Shown in pieces: positions 48,880 through 60,295 of a DNA stretch of 64,000 bases; the first letter of the stretch is position 1, and each line of letters opens with the position of its first letter. The stretch comes from Narcine bancroftii. Its lineage: Eukaryota. The stretch lies in NCBI RefSeq assembly GCF_036971445.1, contig NC_091476.1:102548001-102612000 (forward strand), read 5' to 3'. The position numbers and the translations under genes are program-made. The notes under the pieces are model-generated. The model did not search any database. It worked only from the letters and a program-made list of their open reading frames with translations, and was not told the origin of the DNA.

Positions 48880-49750
48880 ATTTGTGTTTCGCTACTGTTC
48901 TCCTCCAGCAATCTTCCTGCTTTTTTCACCTCCTATTTCTGATGGGACTTTAACTGCCTGGTCTTCTCTTCCTCACTCTAATTTCAGCCCTCTTCCAATG
49001 CGCTGCTCTCCTCTCGTTCCATATCGAACCCCAACTTCACTATCAACCACACAGACAAGAGAGGTTAGGTTGTAGCCTGGTGAACTGACCTCTGAACTGT
49101 GGAGGCCAGACGTCAGACTCCTCATGTCTACCCCTAGTCCAGGACGCAACTAACCAGGGTATCATCTCCTAGATCATTAGAGACCCCCTCACTTCAGGAA
49201 ATCACCCTGCCACAATCTCTAGCCTGATAGTCCATCGACCTCACACCACCTGCTTCTATCTCCCACCCAGAATTCAGAAGCAGAATAACTCTGACAAACC
49301 CATTGTTACTGCCTGCTCCTGCCCCATTGAACTCACTTTATTGTATCTAGATGTTATTTTGTCTCCCTCATCCAAGCCCTTACCCACCTACATCATGGAC
49401 ACCACTCACACTCTTCACCTCTGAAGAACCCCTGTTATTCATCCCCCACAGTCTTATCTTCATGCTCCCCATCATAAACTTCTCAGGGCCCTTAGAGCCA
49501 TTCAGCCTCCCTTGACTAATACTCTCCTCTGCTTGATAAAACTTGTCCTTGCCATTAACAACTTCTCCCACTTCATCCAGATCCAAGAGGAAGCCATGGA
49601 CACATGTATGGGCCCTAGAAATGGCTGCATTTTGTAGGCTATGTTGCTGTTCCAATCTTACTTTGTTACCAGTCTCCAATACTACTTCTACATCAATGAT
49701 TGATGCTACCTCTTGTACCCATCACAGGCTCAACAATTTCATTACCTTCA
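48880..49750 (+). mobile_element. Highly decayed PLE RT fragment
   Basis: Parallels 14200-15560 and 21520-21900 (aacttcactatcaaccacacagacaag, aacttgtccttgccattaacaacttctc, tacatcaatgattgatgctacctcttgtaccc). Confidence 0.6.
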
Positions 49751-49821
49751 AACATAAAGGCAGAGTATTGAATTTGAAAATGGAGTATATGGTTAATGGC
49801 AGGATTCCTAAAAGTGTAGAT

Positions 49822-50193
49822 TGGTGGTTTTCAAACTTTTTCTTTCCATTCACATACCTCTTTAAATAATCTCCATGCCATAGGTGCTCTGTGATTAGTA
49901 AAGGATTGCTTAACGTCATGTGTGGGTGGGAAAAAAGATTGTGATCCATTGTTCTAGAGCCAATTGTTACTAAAATATTTTGCTTAAGAAAAGTTGTCAT
50001 TGGCCCGTTTCCTTTGGCGTTATGAAACCGTGCACATAACGAGTCATTTAGGTACAATTAAAACAGTAGTTTTCAAACTTTTTCTTCCCACTCACATACC
50101 ACCTTAAGCAACCCCTGACTAATCACAGAGCATTTATGAAATAGGGAATACTTAAAGTGGTATGTGGGTGAAAAAAAAGATTGAAAACTACTG
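49822..50193. mobile_element. Composite of two hAT-like MITEs with a ~110-bp spacer, inside a CR1 fragment
   Basis: Outer ends tggtggttttcaaac / ttgaaaactactg; flanks gtgtagat (49814-49821) and gtgtagtc (50194-50201); CR1 sequence on both sides. Confidence 0.65.
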
Positions 50194-50384
50194 GTGTAGT
50201 CATGTCGATAAGCAGAAGAACCTTGGGTCCAAGTGCATGGATCTGCCAAGATTGCTGTGCGTGATTAAAAAGGTGAATGTCATGCTGGCCTTCATTAGTC
50301 AGGCAGTTGAGTTCGAGAGCCACGAGGTAATGTGGCAGCTCTATAAAACTCTAGTTAGACCACACTTAGAGAAGTGTTGCTGAG

Positions 50385-50940
50385 TGGGAAAGCCTGTAGA
50401 TGCTGTGATTGTGGAGAAAGTGCTGGAGAAACTCAGTAGGTCACATAGCATCTATAGGAAGTAAAGAGGAGCTAATGTTTTGGGCCTGAGCCCTTTGTCA
50501 ATGTGTGAGCAAAAAAGCAGACAGGCACCTCAATAAAAAGGTAGGGGGAGGAGCACTGGCTAACGGGAAAGAGATCATAAGTGGATACGGCAGGGAGGGC
50601 AGAGGAGAAGTGATAGGGGGAGGGGGTAGCTCTCTAAATGGAGAGGGAAGGGTGTGGGGAGCTGGAGGAAAGGAAACAGAAGGACAGGGAGAAAGAGTCA
50701 GGGGAGGGAACAAACAGAAACTGGGGAAGTTGGTTAATGACATCTGGCTGGAGAGTGTCCAGATGGTGTTGTCCCTCCAATTTGTGGGTAGCCTCAGTTT
50801 GGCCGTGCATGAGGCTGTGGACATTGGAACGGTTGGCCACTGAGAGGTCCCAGTCATTATATCAGACAAAACAAAGGTGCTCAACCAAACAATCTTCCAG
50901 TCTGCATCCAGTCTCTCCAATCAAGAGGAGGCCACATTTA
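50385..50940 (-). mobile_element. PLE 3' fragment (GIY-YIG plus pseudo-LTR)
   Basis: CGLLLIGETGCRLEDCLVEHL on - strand; terminal repeat as in the other PLE copies. Confidence 0.75.
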
Positions 50941-52013
50941 TAGAGTATTGTGTTCAGTCTGGTTGCCTCATTATGGACAGGATGTGGCAGGTTTTGAAAA
51001 AGTGCGGAGGAGATTACCAGGATGTTGCCTGGATTGCAGAACATGTGACAAAATGTTGAGCCAGCCAGGATTATTCTCTTATGAGCTACAGAGTATGTAA
51101 ACAAGATTAAGGCATTGATAGGGTGGACAGCAGCACCTTTTTCCCAGAGGAGGCAATGACTAACCCAGAGCATATCTGCGAAAGGTGAGTGGATGATAGT
51201 TTAGGGATGATGTCAGAAGCTAAGTTTTTAACTCAGACCTTGCAAGCTGCAATGATTGCTGTAGGACTATTTTCCTGCCACTAGGCGGGGATGCAGACCA
51301 TGCAGTGTTTATAAAAGGAACAGAGGCACCCCCTGCTGTATCACCACACTGACATTTGACCACCATTTTGAAATGACATTGATGACTTATTTAAGACAAA
51401 TGTTGACGCCTTCTAAGATGGAGAACTTTCAGCCCTGTAGATGTTTTCTATCAATAAATATAAAACATCACCCAGAATGAGTTCAAAAATGTGTAAGGCC
51501 ATTAACAGCGAAAAAGTTTTACAAGAGGAAATTTATGTCAACCTTGATAATCACCTAAGTGAAGAGATGTTAAGGAAGGAGAAAACCAAATGTTTGTTTT
51601 GAGCTTTTAACTCTTTTAAAACATAAAGAAAAATCGAGGAAGTGTAGAGCTTTGGCAGTGACAGGCATGAGGAGGAAGAAAGGGACCTGTGAGGTTGGAG
51701 TGGAGAGATAAAACTCGAGAAGGACAGAAACAGAACAGGGATCATGCATGTATATGGTGGAGAAGAGCAACAAGATCACAGAGGGAAAAGATGCAAGCTG
51801 CTTGAGGAACTCAGCGGGTCGAGTAGCATCAGTGGGAGAAAAAAGGTTGACGTTTTGAATCGGAACCTTTCATCACATTTTCTGACTGAAGCGGTGACCA
51901 TTTTTTTTTCTCTCATTGATACTGCTCCTCCAGCAGATTGTTTTATTTTTGCTCCAGATTCCAGCATCTGCTGTCTCCCATGTGTCTGCAAGTTCACAGA
52001 AGAATGTGGAAAC

Positions 52014-52199
52014 TGTACTGACAATAACCACACCAGCAGTGTGAGTATAAGACAGCTTTAATAAACTAATATGTACACTAAGAGGTCTTGTCTCTGCAAG
52101 ATGAACCCGGAAGGCTAGACTGTGGCTCTGGACTGGTTTATATACAAGGTCACTGGGATGACCCCTGGTGACCTAGTGGTGTAATTACATATCATCACA
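52014..52199 (-). mobile_element. Solo LTR (186 bp) with 5-bp TSD
   Basis: TG...CA termini; GAAAC at 52009-52013 and 52200-52204; TATATAAA and ATTAAA on - strand. Confidence 0.8.
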
Positions 52200-53691
52200 G
52201 AAACAAAGAGGTTGATTTTAAAACTGAGGTACAATGAGGCCTTAGGCATAGGGAGAGGTTGAGCTCAATTCCTTGGAGTGCAAGAGGATAAGGGGTGATC
52301 TCACAGAGGTGTACAGAATCATGAGAGAAATAGATCGGGTGAATGCTCAGCATCTTTTGCCCAGAGTAGGGGAATCCATAGCCAGTGCATGGAATTGGCT
52401 GCTGGAGGAGGTGATTGAGCAAAATTAAAAAAAAATTTGGATGGATATGCATAGGTTAGATTTAGAGTGATATGGCCCAAATGCAGGCAGGTGGAACTAT
52501 TGTGAGTGAGACGTTATGGTTGGCAAGTTGTGCCAAAGGTCCTGTTTACATGCTGTATGACTCAATAGATGTAGGTCAGTGAGCACAGGTGCAAAGAGTA
52601 AATGGAGCCTGAGGTGAGTTCAGAAGAAGGCAGAAACTTTCTCTGAAATGTTGAAAAACTATAAAGTGTTGATGTTGGAAAACCAAAAGGCAAACTGAAA
52701 ATACTAGAAATACTCAACGGGGAAGGCTCATGAAGGTGGAAACAGGATTAACATTTAAGATCAAGGTTCTGTAATTAGTGCCAGGAATTGTTAGAAGTAT
52801 GTTATAAGTTGCAATTTTAAACATCTTTATGAACTAACTGTACTTAGATAGGATGGAAATATGTCTGAAAGGAAAATGAACCGCAGACACTACCTCATTT
52901 TCTTTTTTTTAACACTAATTTATTTATTTTTAAATGTAATTTTATAGCAGTATTTGCTACTGCAAAACCACAAATTTAGTGACATGTTCATGACAATAAA
53001 TTCTGATTCTGATTCTGCAGCATTAACTCAATCTCTCTCCCTGAGTCCTGTGTATTTGCAGCGTTATGTTTGAAATGTTTATGTGCTCTGAAGTGGGGAT
53101 GATGCTGCTTTCAGAGAAGCACCACCGATAGCCCCTGAGGTGAGAGGATACCTTTAGAAAATATCTTTTGAGGTTGCAAAGCCTGATTTACAATGGATCT
53201 CAAAGCATTTCTTGTTCCAATAATCAAGTTACTCTGAACCTGGTTTCATACCTGATGTGGGGCTCACTCTGTACTCTGTCACCTCTCCTCCCTTGTACCA
53301 TTCTCTGCTACCTCTTCTATGATCCACTCCTTCCCCTTGGACTCCCCTTTACGCCCCTTCCTGCAAGTCTAACACCATTCTTCAATCAGATTTTAACCAG
53401 TTGCCTGTTCTGTGCTCCGTTATTTCTGATCTGTTGTTGCAGATTGTTGATGTGAGTGATTCGGAAATCAGGATGGAAACTGCATGCAGCTTGTGGCTTT
53501 CTGGGTGCTTTTGAGAATCTGCAGTCAAGGCCGCGATGTGTGAAGTCAGTTGTCTCCCTCATTTCCTGTTCAATGCCAAAACTTCATCGGCTCCCTAACC
53601 TGTCAGAGCCATTCACAGCCCTTGGCGAGGAGTCAGCTCTCCTCTTTATTTTCAGAATTGCCGTGGTGAGGAGCAAGTGCGGCCCATCCCT

Positions 53692-53758
53692 ATGGAACTG
53701 GGAGTAATGGTGTGGATTCACTCTGGGATTGCTGCAGCTGCAATCTTGATGCTGCTGG
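53692..53758 (+). CDS. CD3E: CD3 epsilon, first coding exon (signal peptide)
   Basis: Encodes MELGVMVWIHSGIAAAAILMLL(G); donor G|gtgagt. Upstream acceptor ctttattttcag| at 53655 implies a 5' non-coding exon. The second ATG at 53707 is an alternative start. Confidence 0.78.
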
Positions 53759-53839
53759 GTGAGTTCACCTCTCAGTGGGGGAAGATTTGAAGGAAAAGAT
53801 GGTGCGAGGTTATGGATGTAATTTTGTTAAGGACTGTTC

Positions 53840-54185
53840 CTCTAGTTGCTCAATAAGCTTCAAGTCAGAGGTTGAAGGTCAAGTCCTCCACACAGCCAGG
53901 TACTGCTGTGGGGTCCTACTCTGAGGGGTCCTTCATTGCAGGAGCTTCACTGAGGGGTCCTTCAACAAGGGAGCTTTACTGAGGGAGCTTCATTGAGGGA
54001 TCCATCAATGAGGGAGCTTTACTGAGGGGACCATTGAGGAATTCTTCATGAGTGTCCACTGAAATGCTGAGGTATCTGTCATTGGGATCTTCACTGAGGG
54101 ATCTTCATTGAAGGATTCTTCACTAAGGGAGTGTGTACTGCCTTTTGGATGAGATGAAAAGCAACACCCGGCTGCTCCCACCATG
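53840..54185 (+). repeat. Deu-domain SINE remnant with internal ~14-15-bp tandem array (cttcACTGAGGGA)
   Basis: Array at ~53905-54130 runs into actaagggagtgtgtactgccttttggatgagatg, which resembles the Deu domain. Confidence 0.6.
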
Positions 54186-55309
54186 GTCACGAAGGTGTGA
54201 AAGTGGTATAGCTGATAACCTCATTGATTCACAGCCCCAGGGCCCTCCGAAGGACAGGAAGGGCTCTGGGGAACTGGTGTCGAAGGGATGGTGAGGCTGG
54301 GGGCACAATGAGTGTGAGGGCGGAACTGAAGGGCCTCCACATCCACCTCCTGTTACTTTGGACCCAGTTTTGCATGTTCACGCTATGACCTCGTGTGTAT
54401 CTGCCATGTGGAGCATATTCCTCTCCCATTCCTGTCCTCACTACACCCTCAGCCCCACCCCCACCCTGCTCCCACCACACTCCACATCCACCCCCACTGC
54501 ATCACACTACTACCCCCAGTGGCATATTACCCATTAGATTGAGTAGGTTGAAGCCAAGGGGCTCAGAAGGTAAGGGGGCCTGTTTGTGATTTGATTGATT
54601 GCCCAACAGGTGAAGCACTGGCATCTGTGCAGAGGGTATGACGTACAGCCAATGAAAGTTGATGTTGGGGGGTGCAGGCGGTAACATCGTTTAGCCCATG
54701 ACATGAATAGAGATTGGTAGCAACTGTTGCCTTGAGAATAAATACTGTGGTCACGGTAGCCATGGAGTCTGTTACCATCAACAGCTTGGGCCTGGAGTAA
54801 GGTGAGTACCGCCATGCTGTCAGAATCAGGCTGTAGCCGCATGTTGGAGTGGGTGCCTCTGCTGTGGGCAAGAATGGTGGCAGTCTCCACAGTCCCTCAG
54901 GAGTCATGTGCCACCCCACTCTGTGTTTACCATGTCCACTGTAAAATGGCGGGTGATTCTGGCTGGGGCTCATTAGCCCGGTTGGAGACCTGACTCACAG
55001 CCTCTGCTTGTGCCTGGAGGCTGCGGATCGAAGCACAGGGACAGTGTGTAATGATGGGGGAGAGGGTGTGGGGAGCCTGGTGGCCAATTACTTCCAGAGC
55101 AGAGAACCAAGCCGACTCAGCGGTAGAGGGATAGGTGACATTTGGGGTCAAGATCCTCAACCAGGGCATCAGGATTCTGCTTCTCCTCCTCTGCCACACT
55201 TTATTCTATTCAACGAAGGGTGGGGGCAATAAGGTAGGAGACAAGGTCGGCTTGGGGGCCTTACTAAAGCTCAGTCTAGGAGCCCAGATGGTAGACAATC
55301 TGTCACTGC

Positions 55310-55680
55310 CTACCCCACATCCCTACTCCCATCACATCCCCACCTCCACCCCAACCACACCTCACCCCACCACACTTCCACCCCCACCTCCATCGCACCC
55401 AAGGCCCATCACAACTTCTCCCCACTGCACACCGACCCCACCACCCCCACCCCCATCCCCAGTCTTCACACCCCTCCCCTTCTCACCCCACCTCCAGCCC
55501 CACCAAACCTCCACCCCAGCACACCCTTCCACCATTCTCAGCACTCCCCCAGCCCCATTCCACCACACCCCACCCCAACTCCAAGGCCCACACACCCCAA
55601 TTCCCAGTGCACCCATAATCCCCCCCCCCACTGTATCCCAAACCCCTCCCCACACAGTGTCCTTCCCCTACATTGTCCTT
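55310..55680. repeat. C-rich low-complexity tract (G-quadruplex-prone on - strand)
   Basis: Dense CCC/CCCC runs separated by short A/T spacers. Confidence 0.8.
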
Positions 55681-55857
55681 ACCACTTCAGCATCTGAATC
55701 CCTACAACATTCCAATCCATATAACATCCACCTCAATACATCAGGAATATTTAGTAATTCATCTGTAAAATATGAATATTTCATTTCATTGAAAAATAGA
55801 GGAATATTGATGACTTTAAATTCTGTTTCCAGTTATTATTCTTTCCTCTCTCCATAG

Positions 55858-55878
55858 GAGTTGCAGCATCAGCCGAAC
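55858..55878 (+). CDS. CD3E: CD3E 21-nt microexon
   Basis: ttctttcctctctccatag|GAGTTGCAGCATCAGCCGAAC|gtaagt; symmetric phase 1-1; encodes (G)VAASAE(H). Mammalian CD3E has microexons at this position. Confidence 0.8.
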
Positions 55879-55998
55879 GTAAGTAGACTTTAGATTATCT
55901 GTCCTGATTTTAAAATATATATTGATTAACGAGAAGACACTTTGGAAAGTATTACTGATTATGCAAAGACTTATTCATGACTCTCCTTGCTTTTATAG

Positions 55999-56205
55999 AT
56001 AACGTGAGAGTTGAAAAGACCACAGTCATTTTAGTTTGTCCATTCGATTCATCAAAAAGTTATGAGTGGTATAAGAGTCCAGACACAGTACTGAAAAGTG
56101 ATCATGAAAATGAATACAGTATATTTGATTTCACCAATTCAAATAATGGTGAATATCACTGTAAAAATGAACAATCCAAATACAGCTTCTACATTCAAGC
56201 CAAAG
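55999..56205 (+). CDS. CD3E: CD3E Ig-domain exon
   Basis: Acceptor ccttgcttttatag| and donor AAAG|gtacat; 207 nt. Encodes NVRVEKTTVILVCP...YEWYK...FDFTNSNNGEYHCK...YSFYIQAK, compare human TTVILTCP...GYYVC...FYLYLRAR. Confidence 0.92.
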
Positions 56206-56408
56206 GTACATTTTGATTAATGAAATTAAAAAATAGAATTTCAGTAATTCTGGCAGGGGACAGAAATGGTGTTAGTTTAAAAGTCTTGAAAAACAAAATA
56301 AAATGAAAGATGTTGGAAATATGAAATACAAATTAAAAATAACAGAAGAACTTCACAGTTCATTTCCAGCGGTATACACATGAAGAGTGTAGAGGTTGGA
56401 ACCTGGAG

Positions 56409-56706
56409 CATAATGCATTATCGAGCAGAAAAGCAGGCACAAAACATAAAGGCTGTTCAACAGGCTTTATTCCACACAAACTTCCACAGAGATGACTGTG
56501 AGAATAGCTGTGCTGGCTCTGAGACTGACCTCGAGGGGCTGGATGTAGCTTATATCCCGGAGGGTGATTGGCAGCCAGTCGGGTGGGGCTTGGTCCATTC
56601 AGGTCGGAAGATTGACATCCAGCCAGGTGTTGCCTTGTCCTCCGGTGCTCTTCCTGCAGGTACACAGGTTGCCCCCTGCAGTCGGCTAGTGGTATATCAC
56701 CTCACA
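56409..56706 (-). mobile_element. Solo LTR, same family as 61599-61887, in opposite orientation
   Basis: Reverse complement shares tgcagggggcaacct.tgtacctgcagga, aagccccaccc, aatcaccctcc.ggatataagc, ctctgtggaagt and taaagcctgttg with the 61.6-kb copy. One terminus is degenerate. Confidence 0.75.
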
Positions 56707-57392
56707 TAAGCAACCTGCTGGAGGACCCCGTGTCTTGGGCAGCATCAGTGGATGGGAAAGAATGGGTGATATTTTGGATCAGACCCCTTCTTTTCCTATT
56801 TTTACTTTTCCACTGATGCCTGCTGAATTCCTCCAGTGGATTGTTATTTTTGTGCTTTTCATTTAATTTAATGAACATTGAAAAGATCAAAATTACAATT
56901 TAATCCACAGTCAGAACTGAGTGCCTGTCATACCCTGGCTGCCATGTTCCAGTATTCTTTAATTTTCCTCTCTCTGTGTTCACCTGAATGAGGGCATGGA
57001 GAAAGGGCACAGGAACTCTACCTGACCCTGAGCCCAATGAAATGCTGGCGCATGCAAAGGCTTAATGCAGCCAACCAATTACACAAGCATACAACCTGGA
57101 ACAAGCCTTTTGCCCCATCATGTCTTTGCCAACCAAGATGGCATTCTGGGGTAGTCCTATCTGCCTTCATTTGGTCCATAGACTCTAAACTCTTCCTATC
57201 AATGTATCTGTCCATATGTCTTTTGAAAGTCGTAATTATACTTGCAATTATGTCGAACCCACAATATGTTCTATATATTCTACATGATTCTACCTATCTG
57301 GAGAGTAATTAAAACCTGCAAGCACAAGATATATTTTTACTACTTTGTACGTTCTGAATGTTGAACTGCCTCTCTCTCTCTCTCTCTCACAG

Positions 57393-57521
57393 TTTGTAGT
57401 GACTGTATCGACCTCAGCACGGGGATGGTCATTGCTATCATCTGTGGTGATCTGTTCTTCACACTGCTGGTGTCCGGGCTAGTCTACTACTTCGCCAAGC
57501 AAAGAGGGGCCTCCTCCAAAG
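57393..57521 (+). CDS. CD3E: CD3E stalk/transmembrane exon
   Basis: (CT)n acceptor ctcacag|. Encodes VCSDCIDLSTGMVIAIICGDLFFTLLVSGLVYYFAKQRGASSK, with the CD3 CxxC motif and the intramembrane Asp. Confidence 0.93.
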
Positions 57522-58956
57522 GTTGGATGTTGCTTTATTGGATATTCAAATAATAACGATGTTGAGACTACACTGCAGGATTCGGAAGTCAGAGCGCACA
57601 ATTTCACAGAGCTCCTTAGCATTCTACAACTTGAAAAGAAACTTGAAATTCAGCGCCAGTCTCAGTAAAAATCTCAATGAGGTTGCCAGAATGCTGGGAA
57701 AACCCTTGTGATTCTTTCATGACTTTATGGGAAAACATTTTCCATCTTTTCCAGGTCAGGGCTTATAACTGCATTCCTCAGAAATCCAACTGGGTTGTGA
57801 AAATCCGATGTTTGATTGAACTTTCATGGAGCAAACAATTGCCTAGAGATTAGATTTCACCTATATTTGGAGGGCTAAATGATAGTCATCTCCAATAGCT
57901 AATCAGAGAGACAGTCTGCCACATTGATGAAATTTATATTCCAACTAATTGCCTGTGTGTTTTTCTCCCAATTTGTTGCAGCCGGTCCAACCTTTGTCAT
58001 GCCCAACATCAACTTCCCACACTGACTGTACACTGGAAATGATCACTATGAAACAAAATGGGGTTGGGGGGGGGTGGGTGGAGAACTTCATTGTAATCGG
58101 CTTTGTCCAACAACTGTGTCCACACAAGGTCCCAAGCTGTTGTCGAACATTGGCTCACAATTCAAGTTCAGGAAGAGGTCATCACAGCATTGAGATATCT
58201 CCTACCTCCACCCCGACTGATCTCCCACCCAAGCTATGTAGTCAATACTCAGAGAACAAAACATAACAAACCACAGTATCCTCATTCATTAAAACTGCCA
58301 TGAAGTTATTTGTTCAAATTATCAAAAGCTACTTTGTAGTTTGGATAGTTTCAGAAAAAAAATGTCAAGACTTAAATATTCAACAGAAGTTAAAATCTCA
58401 AGAGCTTGAACATGATAGAAGCAAATAGCAGTATCGTAGATTAGTGGGAACACAGCTCCTTGCTCCTTATAACATGTTGATAAAGGAGCTTAGGCTCTAG
58501 AGTGTGCTCTATTGGTCCACCTTCTACCTGTAAGGCTGAAAAGAGTTGATGATGTTATCATATGTGTGAATGATGCTGAGAACATGAGAGGAAATACACT
58601 ATTAAATTAAATTAAATTAATAATCATTTGGAAAACCTAATTAAATTTGCATTCAGTGGGAATTTCCATTGGAAATTAATACAAACAGGATAAATATGCT
58701 CAATGGATATAAGGTGCAACAAAGTCTGATTTCAAGGCAAATATGTAATGTATTTACAGGACAATGTAGTTGGGAGCTTCACATGGTATCTAATGGTGCA
58801 TTGGGAGAGAAAGTATCTAAATGTGTTCTTGTCCTGGCAATGTCTCATGGGATAATGAAGAGAGTGTCTTAACCTGTATCCGAACTATGTCGTAAAAGCA
58901 TGAAAATGTTAGAGAAACTCAGCAAGTCTCATAGTGTCTATAGGAGGCAAAGATAT

Positions 58957-58996
58957 ATTACCAACGTTTCGGACCTGAGCACTTCCTCAAGATAAT
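58957..58996 (-). ncRNA. Minimal hammerhead ribozyme-like motif in a PLE terminal-repeat fragment
   Basis: - strand attatc-TTGAGGA-agtgctcaggtcc-GAAA-cGTT-ggtaat; stem I attatc/ggtaat can pair; U at core position 3; stem II is imperfect. Confidence 0.5.
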
Positions 58997-59452
58997 ACAA
59001 TCCTGGCTGTGTGGCTAAGGAGGCTGCGAGGCAAATCCATGGACACTCAGTGACTCTGGGGAAACTCTTTTGCTTCTCTTTTTCTAACTGCAAGGGGTGC
59101 CAGGCAATTTCTGCTGATGGCGAATCTTTGTCTGGTAGACCAAAGGAAATTTCATGTAATATCATATTTTCTGGTTTATTACATGACTCTTCTACTGCAA
59201 TTTTTTTTTACTACAATCATAGCATCTGCAGCCTTTCATGCAATACATTGCTGTCTCCTATGGACGCTATGAAACATGTTAAGTTCCTCCAGCTTTTCTG
59301 TGCTTTTACTACAATCACAGAATCTGCAAGGTTTCATGTTTCATTCCTTAACTATGTAATTGTTGTTCTGGGAGAGTTTTGATAGAACATTTGTTCTTGC
59401 TACTACAGGTACTGCCTCCCTGTCTTTAAAATTCTTCTGCTTTCTCTTCCAG

Positions 59453-59529
59453 ATTTCCGCCAACTTGACAATGACTTTCCGCCACATCGTCCTCCACACA
59501 TGACCCCAGCGCATCAAACTGAATATGCG
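59453..59529 (+). CDS. CD3E: CD3E cytoplasmic exon (proline-rich region, first ITAM Tyr)
   Basis: Acceptor ctgctttctcttccag| and donor GCG|gtaaag; phase 1 to 0; encodes DFRQLDNDFPPHRPPHMTPAHQTEYA. Confidence 0.85.
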
Positions 59530-59704
59530 GTAAAGTCTTTCAAGTGATGTTATCGTCCATCAGTGCTCCTGGTTATTTATCATCTCCATTTGAGGATGCT
59601 GGCTTCAAGACTTGTCCTGTGAAACCCTGCACCTCATGTTACCCTACAGCTCCTTCCACAAGGTTCCTCTACCACTCCTGGTCAAACCTATTCCAACCCA
59701 GGGT

Positions 59705-60295
59705 TTTAGTGGGTGGAGCAGTATCTGTGGTTCAGAGACTTGCACTCTCACTTCTGAGCTAGAAGGCTTGGGTTCAAGCCCCTGCTCCTGTGACTGAAGG
59801 TCCTGGCTGACATTGCACTACTGGTGGGCAGGTCTGAGCTAATGCTAGAGTGTCAGGCAGTAATGATCTCTCTACTATCTGAAGGGCACAACTGAAAGGA
59901 GCATTAAACTTTTGGAGTAGCAGTCCTGAAGGAGATCTGTGCTTTGGAGTAGGGGAGGGGAGAATGGGAGAAGTGGTGGGAGGTAGCACTGGAGGAGTTT
60001 GCACAATTAGGAGACCACTGAGGGAGCACAGCTCTCTTGGGTGTGCAGTACTATGGGAGTCCTATCTTGGAGGACTTGTACCGATTAAAAGTGCAGAATT
60101 TCAGATGAGGGCCCATCTGCCCACTCAGGTGGGTCAAACAGATCCCATGGTAATAATCTAAAAAGGAGCAGGGGTGCGCTTGCTATTTATCCTCCAAGAA
60201 AAATAATTAGAAGAGATGAACTGGTGATTACCTCATTGCTATTTGTGGTATCTTACTTTGCATGAGCCAGCCACCACTTTCCTCCATTATACCAG
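59705..60295 (+). mobile_element. Deu-domain SINE (SacSINE1/AmnSINE-like) in the last CD3E intron
   Basis: tRNA-like head (cttctgagctagaaggcttgggttcaagccc), Deu core (ggcccatctgcccactcaggtgg...gatcccatgg) and tail (ctcattgctatttgtgg). Confidence 0.7.

Noticed and set aside
55135-55857. 240-aa proline-rich ORF
   Set aside because: Artefact of the C-rich tract; it ends at the TAG of the microexon's splice acceptor.
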